Shown piece by piece: positions 59,846 through 64,000 of a stretch of DNA of 64,000 nucleotides. Origin of the DNA: an uncultured Alphaproteobacteria bacterium. Lineage in GTDB: Bacteria; Pseudomonadota; Alphaproteobacteria; SMXQ01. The notes beneath the pieces are model-generated. The model was not told the origin of the DNA and made no database searches. It saw nothing but the letters and a program-made list of their open reading frames with translations. The DNA lies in the NCBI GenBank assembly GCA_963732875.1, contig CAVTBD010000002.1, positions 482,678 through 546,677 of the forward strand. The letters run 5' to 3'. Within the stretch, counting starts at the first letter, position 1. Each line of letters begins with the position of its first letter. The translations under genes and the position numbers were made by a program.

Positions 59846-61453
59846 GTGACGGTTCGCCGCCTGCGTGGAGTTTCGGGCTTTCTGACGGCACTGATACTGG
59901 CCTGCGGCGTGCCGTCTGCCCGTGGCGCGGACGCCCCCACTTCCCCGCCCAAGTGGGGCGCGCATATCGACCTCGAAGCCAAGCCCGGCACCAAGCGGTC
60001 CCTTGGCGAAGGCGATCTGTTCCTGCCCCTGACGCAGACATCGGACACGCTGCTGTTCGGCGACCTGCGCCTGCGCTTCGACGACCAGGACAGCCGCGAA
60101 GGCAACTTCGGCATCGGCGTCCGCCACATGCTGCCGTCCGGCTGGAACCTCGGCGGCTACGGCTACTTCGACCACCGCCTCAGCCCCTACGACCACTACT
60201 TCAACCAAGTCACCCTCGGCGCCGAGGCGCTCGGCACCGACTACGACTTCCGCGCCAACGCCTACCTGCCGGTGGGCACCACCACGCGCGACACCGACAG
60301 TCTGTCGACGGCCACCATCTCCGGCACCTCGGTGGTGGTGCGCGGCGGCGAGGAGCGCGCGCTGCGCGGCTTCGACATGGAGGCCGGCTGGCGCCTGCCC
60401 CTGTTCGCGCTCGATTCGGGACGCAGCCTGCGTGCCTATGCCGGCGGCTACCGCTTCACCGCCGATGGCGTGGATACCGTCCAGGGCCCGCGCGCGCGCG
60501 TCGAGTTCACCATGGACCGGGTGCCGTCCCTGTGGCCGGGCTCGCGCTTCACCCTTGGCGCCGAGCTCCAGCACGACGACCCGCGCGGCACCCAGGCGTT
60601 CCTGATGGCGCGCCTGCGAATCCCGCTCCAGGTGTTCGGGACCGGCGACGAGGACCGCCTCACCGCCCAGGAGCGGCGCATGACCGACACCGTCGTGCGC
60701 GACGTCGACATCGTGACGCAGGCGGGCGCCTTCGGCGCGGCCGAGACCGCCACCGAGACCGCCGACGGGACGGCGTTCACCGTACTGAATAGCGGCTCGA
60801 CCACGAACCTGTCCGCCGCCGTGTCCGCGCTCGCAAACAATTCCACTGCCCTTCTTTCAGGCACTTTCAGCACTGCCTCGACCGTCGATCTCAGCGGCAA
60901 CAAGAGCCTGCTGGCTGGCTCGGTAACCGTGCGCAGCCCGTCGGGCCGTACCGCTGTGTTGAGCAGTCCCGCCACAATCTCGTCCACGGTCGCGGGCGGC
61001 AATACGATCCAGGCTCCCGGCAACAACGACATCTCCGGTCTAACCATCAACGTGACGGAGACCGGCAACTTCGGCCGCGCCATCGCGCTGAACTCCACCG
61101 GCGGCAACTACAACATCCTCAACAACACGATTACCATGACCCAGTCGGGCGCGAACGGTCTCGTCGGCGTCTCGACGGATCGGAACACGAATGTCGTGAT
61201 CAGAGGTAATAGCTTCACGCTGACGGGCGGCACGACCAATACGGCCTTGGGCCTCGCCACCGTCGGTACGACAACCGTGACCGTCTCCGGAAATACGCTG
61301 AACGTCTCCGGCGCCACGACCAATATCGCCGCGAATGTCGGCAGCACGACGATCAATGCCGGGTCGACCGGCAACGTGCTCATCGCCGGCAGTTGCACGG
61401 GCACGCCAACCAGCGGCTCCATCGGCTTCACCAACGGCACGACCTGTCCGTAG
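59846..61453 (+). CDS. Inverse-autotransporter (intimin/invasin-family) outer-membrane protein with a β-helix-like repeat passenger
   Basis: Signal peptide VTVRRLRGVSGFLTALILACGVPSARG with a GTG start (ORF extends to ATG 59720); β-barrel region (GNFGIGVRHMLPSGWNLGGYGYFDHR...NAYLPVG); C-terminal Thr/Asn/Gly-rich repeats (NVTETGN, ITMTQSGANG, TLNVSGATTN). Confidence 0.6.
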   Translation: MTVRRLRGVSGFLTALILACGVPSARGADAPTSPPKWGAHIDLEAKPGTKRSLGEGDLFLPLTQTSDTLLFGDLRLRFDDQDSREGNFGIGVRHMLPSGWNLGGYGYFDHRLSPYDHYFNQVTLGAEALGTDYDFRANAYLPVGTTTRDTDSLSTATISGTSVVVRGGEERALRGFDMEAGWRLPLFALDSGRSLRAYAGGYRFTADGVDTVQGPRARVEFTMDRVPSLWPGSRFTLGAELQHDDPRGTQAFLMARLRIPLQVFGTGDEDRLTAQERRMTDTVVRDVDIVTQAGAFGAAETATETADGTAFTVLNSGSTTNLSAAVSALANNSTALLSGTFSTASTVDLSGNKSLLAGSVTVRSPSGRTAVLSSPATISSTVAGGNTIQAPGNNDISGLTINVTETGNFGRAIALNSTGGNYNILNNTITMTQSGANGLVGVSTDRNTNVVIRGNSFTLTGGTTNTALGLATVGTTTVTVSGNTLNVSGATTNIAANVGSTTINAGSTGNVLIAGSCTGTPTSGSIGFTNGTTCP

Positions 61454-61466
61454 AAGCTGTCCCGGG

Positions 61467-62234
61467 CTACGCCTGGCGCGTGAAGTCGTCGGCCTTGAGG
61501 TCGGCGCGCGGATAGGTCAGCGGGCTCTGGGAGAGGCCGAGCGCGACGCAGGTCTCGGCGAAGCGGATCGACACCGACTTGGTGTTGAACACCGGTACGC
61601 CGGAACGCTCCTGCAAGACGGCCGGGTCGACGATATAGGGGATCAGCGCGCCGCCGAGGGGAATGATCGCCTGGGCCCCGGTCTCGCGCACCAGCCCGCC
61701 GATCAGCTCGACCGCCTTGTCGGCGAGCTCGCCCTTGCGGCCGGCGAGGTCGCTGCCGTAGATGCCGAGCGGGCGGATGCCGGTGACGTGGCCGTCCATG
61801 CCGATGGCGCGCAAGAGCCGCCAGGTGTAGGGCACGTGGGACGGCAGCGGCACGGTGATGCCGATGCGGTCGGCGAGCACCGCGGCGGCATGGATCGTGG
61901 TGCGGAGCGGGCCGATCACGGGGATTTTCACCACCAGCCGGCCGCCGTCCACGCCGGGATCGAAGGTGTTGCTCTGGATCACCGCGTCGTAGCCGTTGTC
62001 TTGGGCCCACAGGATCTTCCGGATCAGGGCGGGCACGTCCATCATGTGGTCGAGCCCGTTGAGCATCTTCTGGTTGCCCGTGGCCTCCTCGATATAGGCG
62101 CCGGGGAAATTCTCGGGAAAGCCGATCTCCACCTTCGTGCCGGGCGAGGCGTAGCTGTTGAGCAGCGTCTCGATGCCCGCGACGTCGTAGGTCGCGGCGT
62201 TGCGCGGCGCCTTGTTGAGGAACAGGATTCTCAT
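61467..62234 (-). CDS. Asp/Glu/hydantoin racemase family protein
   Basis: 256 aa from MRILFLN; two-subdomain Asp/Glu-racemase pattern. Confidence 0.7.
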   Translation of the reverse strand: MRILFLNKAPRNAATYDVAGIETLLNSYASPGTKVEIGFPENFPGAYIEEATGNQKMLNGLDHMMDVPALIRKILWAQDNGYDAVIQSNTFDPGVDGGRLVVKIPVIGPLRTTIHAAAVLADRIGITVPLPSHVPYTWRLLRAIGMDGHVTGIRPLGIYGSDLAGRKGELADKAVELIGGLVRETGAQAIIPLGGALIPYIVDPAVLQERSGVPVFNTKSVSIRFAETCVALGLSQSPLTYPRADLKADDFTRQA

Positions 62235-62384
62235 GGATGGGCCCCCTTGCTGGCCGGGGCGTCGTCTTTTCACCCCCCTCGTCTGTCCGGAGTTCTTGTC
62301 CTCCGGTCTGTTGCCGGGTCATTATAGCCAAATCGCTCCGGGAGTAGAAAAAACCGTGTCCCGGCATCAATAAGGGAGGAAGCG

Positions 62385-63472
62385 ATGACCCAGCGCCTGA
62401 TCGGCCCCGTCGTCTCTGTTCTGTTGCTCGCCGCGTTCGTATCGTCCGCCCGCCCCGCCCACGCGCTCACCACCGACGAGATCGCCCGTTACACCGGCGC
62501 CGACCGCCAGCAGATGCTGGAAAAGGGGGCGAAGGCCGAGGGCAAGCTGATGTTCTACACCTCGATGATCGTCAACCAGGCGGTGCGCCCGCTCAAGAAG
62601 GCGTTCGAGAAGAAGTATCCGTTCGTCGAGGTCCAGTACATCCGCGCCGGAAGCTCCAAGCTGGTGCAGCGGCTGCTGGCCGAGTACCGCGGCCACGCCA
62701 ACTACGCCGACGTGGTCGCGGCGGGTGCCGCGCCGGTGCTCAAGCGGGTGCACCTCGCCCAGGCCTTCACCTCGCCCGTGCTCGCGCCCTACCCCAGCGA
62801 GCTGCTCGACCCCGAGCACATGTGGGCGACGGTGCGCGTGTCCTACAACGGCTTCGCCTACAACACCCATCAGGTGAAAGCGTCCGAGGCGCCGAAGACC
62901 TGGCAGGACCTGCTCGACCCCAAATGGAAGGGCAAGATGGTGTGGCCGGACAGTTCCGAGACCGGCGGCCCGCTGGTGGTGGAGATCCTGACCAAGGTAT
63001 GGGGCAAGGAGAAGGCCACCGCCTATCTTGAGAAGCTCGCGCGCCAGAACGTCCACGCCGATTTCGGGATCGGCCCGGCACGTGCTCGACCTGGTGATCG
63101 CCGGCGAATACCCGGTGATGATCTCGGCCGCCCTGCACCACGTCGTCATCAGCGCGGCCAAGGGCGCGCCGGTCGCCCCGGTCTCGCCCACCCCGCTGCT
63201 CGGGCGCAGCAGCGAGGTGGTGATGATGACCACCGCGCCGCATCCCCACGCGGCGATGCTGTTCATCGACTTCCTGCTGTCGAAGGACGGCCAGACGGCG
63301 CTGCGCAAGGCGCACTACCTGCCGGCCCATCCCGACGTCGAGCCGCTGCCGCAGATGGCGCCGATCCTGCCCAAGCACACCGGCGCCAAGGCCTACGTCA
63401 TGAGCCCGGACGAGCACGACAAGGCGCGCAAGGAATCGGTGCTGACCTTCAACCGGCTGTTCAGGAATTAGC
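62385..63472 (+). CDS. ABC transporter periplasmic substrate-binding protein (family 1, iron(III)-type) with one apparent frameshift
   Basis: Signal peptide; intact to ...ARQNVHADFG, then continues in ORF 63028-63471 (ARHVLDLVIAGEYPVMISAALHH...); switch at GGCCCGGC near 63075. Confidence 0.7.
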
Positions 63473-63498
63473 GCGGAGCGGCGCGCCCAAAAACACTT

Positions 63499-63925
63499 TC
63501 GTCACCCCCGCGCCCGCGGGCGAAGGCCCGCTCTCTTTGATTTGCGCGCCTGCTGGGCGCGCCCCGGGGGTCCATCTGATGGTGCTTGGATTCCCGCTTT
63601 CGCGGGAATGACGATCAGAGATGCCCCGAACAAGTCGGGCCATGACGTGACTTAAATAGTTTCGTCATGCCCCGGTTCGTCCACTCGGGCCGTCATGGCC
63701 GCGCTCTTTTGACCACAATCCGTCATGGTCGGGCTTGGCCCGACCATCCACGTGTTTTTGTTGCCTTGGTCATGAAAAACTCGTGGATGGCCCGCATGTC
63801 ATGCGAATGAGTGCTTCGCACGACGCGGGGGCATGACGATGGTATTTAGGTTACGTCATCGCCCGGCTTGTCCGGGCGATCCATAGATGCCCCGGACGAG
63901 CCGGGGCATGACGATGGTTCAAGTG
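63499..63925. repeat. Cluster of at least five REP/MITE-like palindromic units
   Basis: Units: GTCACCCCC...GGATTCCCGCTTTCGCGGGAATGACG; GATGCCCCGAACAAGTCGGGCCATGAC; CGTCATGGTCGGGCTTGGCCCGACCATCCACGTGTTTTTG...AAAAACTCGTGGATGG; GTCATCGCCCGGCTTGTCCGGGCGATC; GATGCCCCGGACGAGCCGGGGCATGAC. Confidence 0.8.
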
Positions 63926-64000
63926 AAAGGCAAACCGCTCTAGCGCGCACCATCGCGCGGGGCGGCCGGCCACGGGCGGCCGGTCAACATGCGCCACGCG

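Overview
This is a high-GC chromosomal segment, apparently from an alphaproteobacterium; the gene order serS-surE-pcm-nlpD, tatABC, scpAB and secDF-yajC is typical of that class. Most of the window is conserved housekeeping DNA: gyrA, ssb divergent from uvrA, coaD, trmFO, yajC-secD-secF, pcm/surE/serS, tatABC, scpAB, nagZ, argS, dgt, erpA, xth, the kdp operon, ilvD, and an iorAB-like molybdo-oxidoreductase pair. One tRNA-Lys(UUU) is present. I found no transposase, integrase, CRISPR array or rRNA.

The non-housekeeping features worth a second look are:
- a fused SAM-methyltransferase/ATP-grasp (D-Ala-D-Ala-ligase-like) protein;
- a divergent pair of squalene/phytoene-synthase-fold proteins lacking the catalytic Asp-rich motifs;
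- a 30-aa transmembrane peptide co-transcribed with a HemJ-like membrane protein;
- a lower-GC locus of five small secreted and Cys-rich membrane paralogs, at 51.8-54.8 kb;
- an inverse-autotransporter (intimin/invasin-like) adhesin;
- a kdp operon in the non-canonical order kdpF-kdpB-(second KdpF-like peptide)-kdpA-kdpC-kdpD-kdpE;
- several families of REP/MITE-like palindromic repeats with GTCATGCCCCGG...CCGGGGCATGAC cores, clustered at 63.5-63.9 kb;
- an anomalous low-GC insertion of about 143 bp inside serS.

At least ten genes carry 1-nt frameshifts, mostly in G/C homopolymer runs: serS, argS, dgt, kdpD, kdpA, a methyltransferase, an ABC substrate-binding protein and a secreted paralog. 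These look more like homopolymer sequencing errors than decay, but they are unresolved. Many long antisense ORFs in the six-frame track are high-GC artefacts and were ignored.
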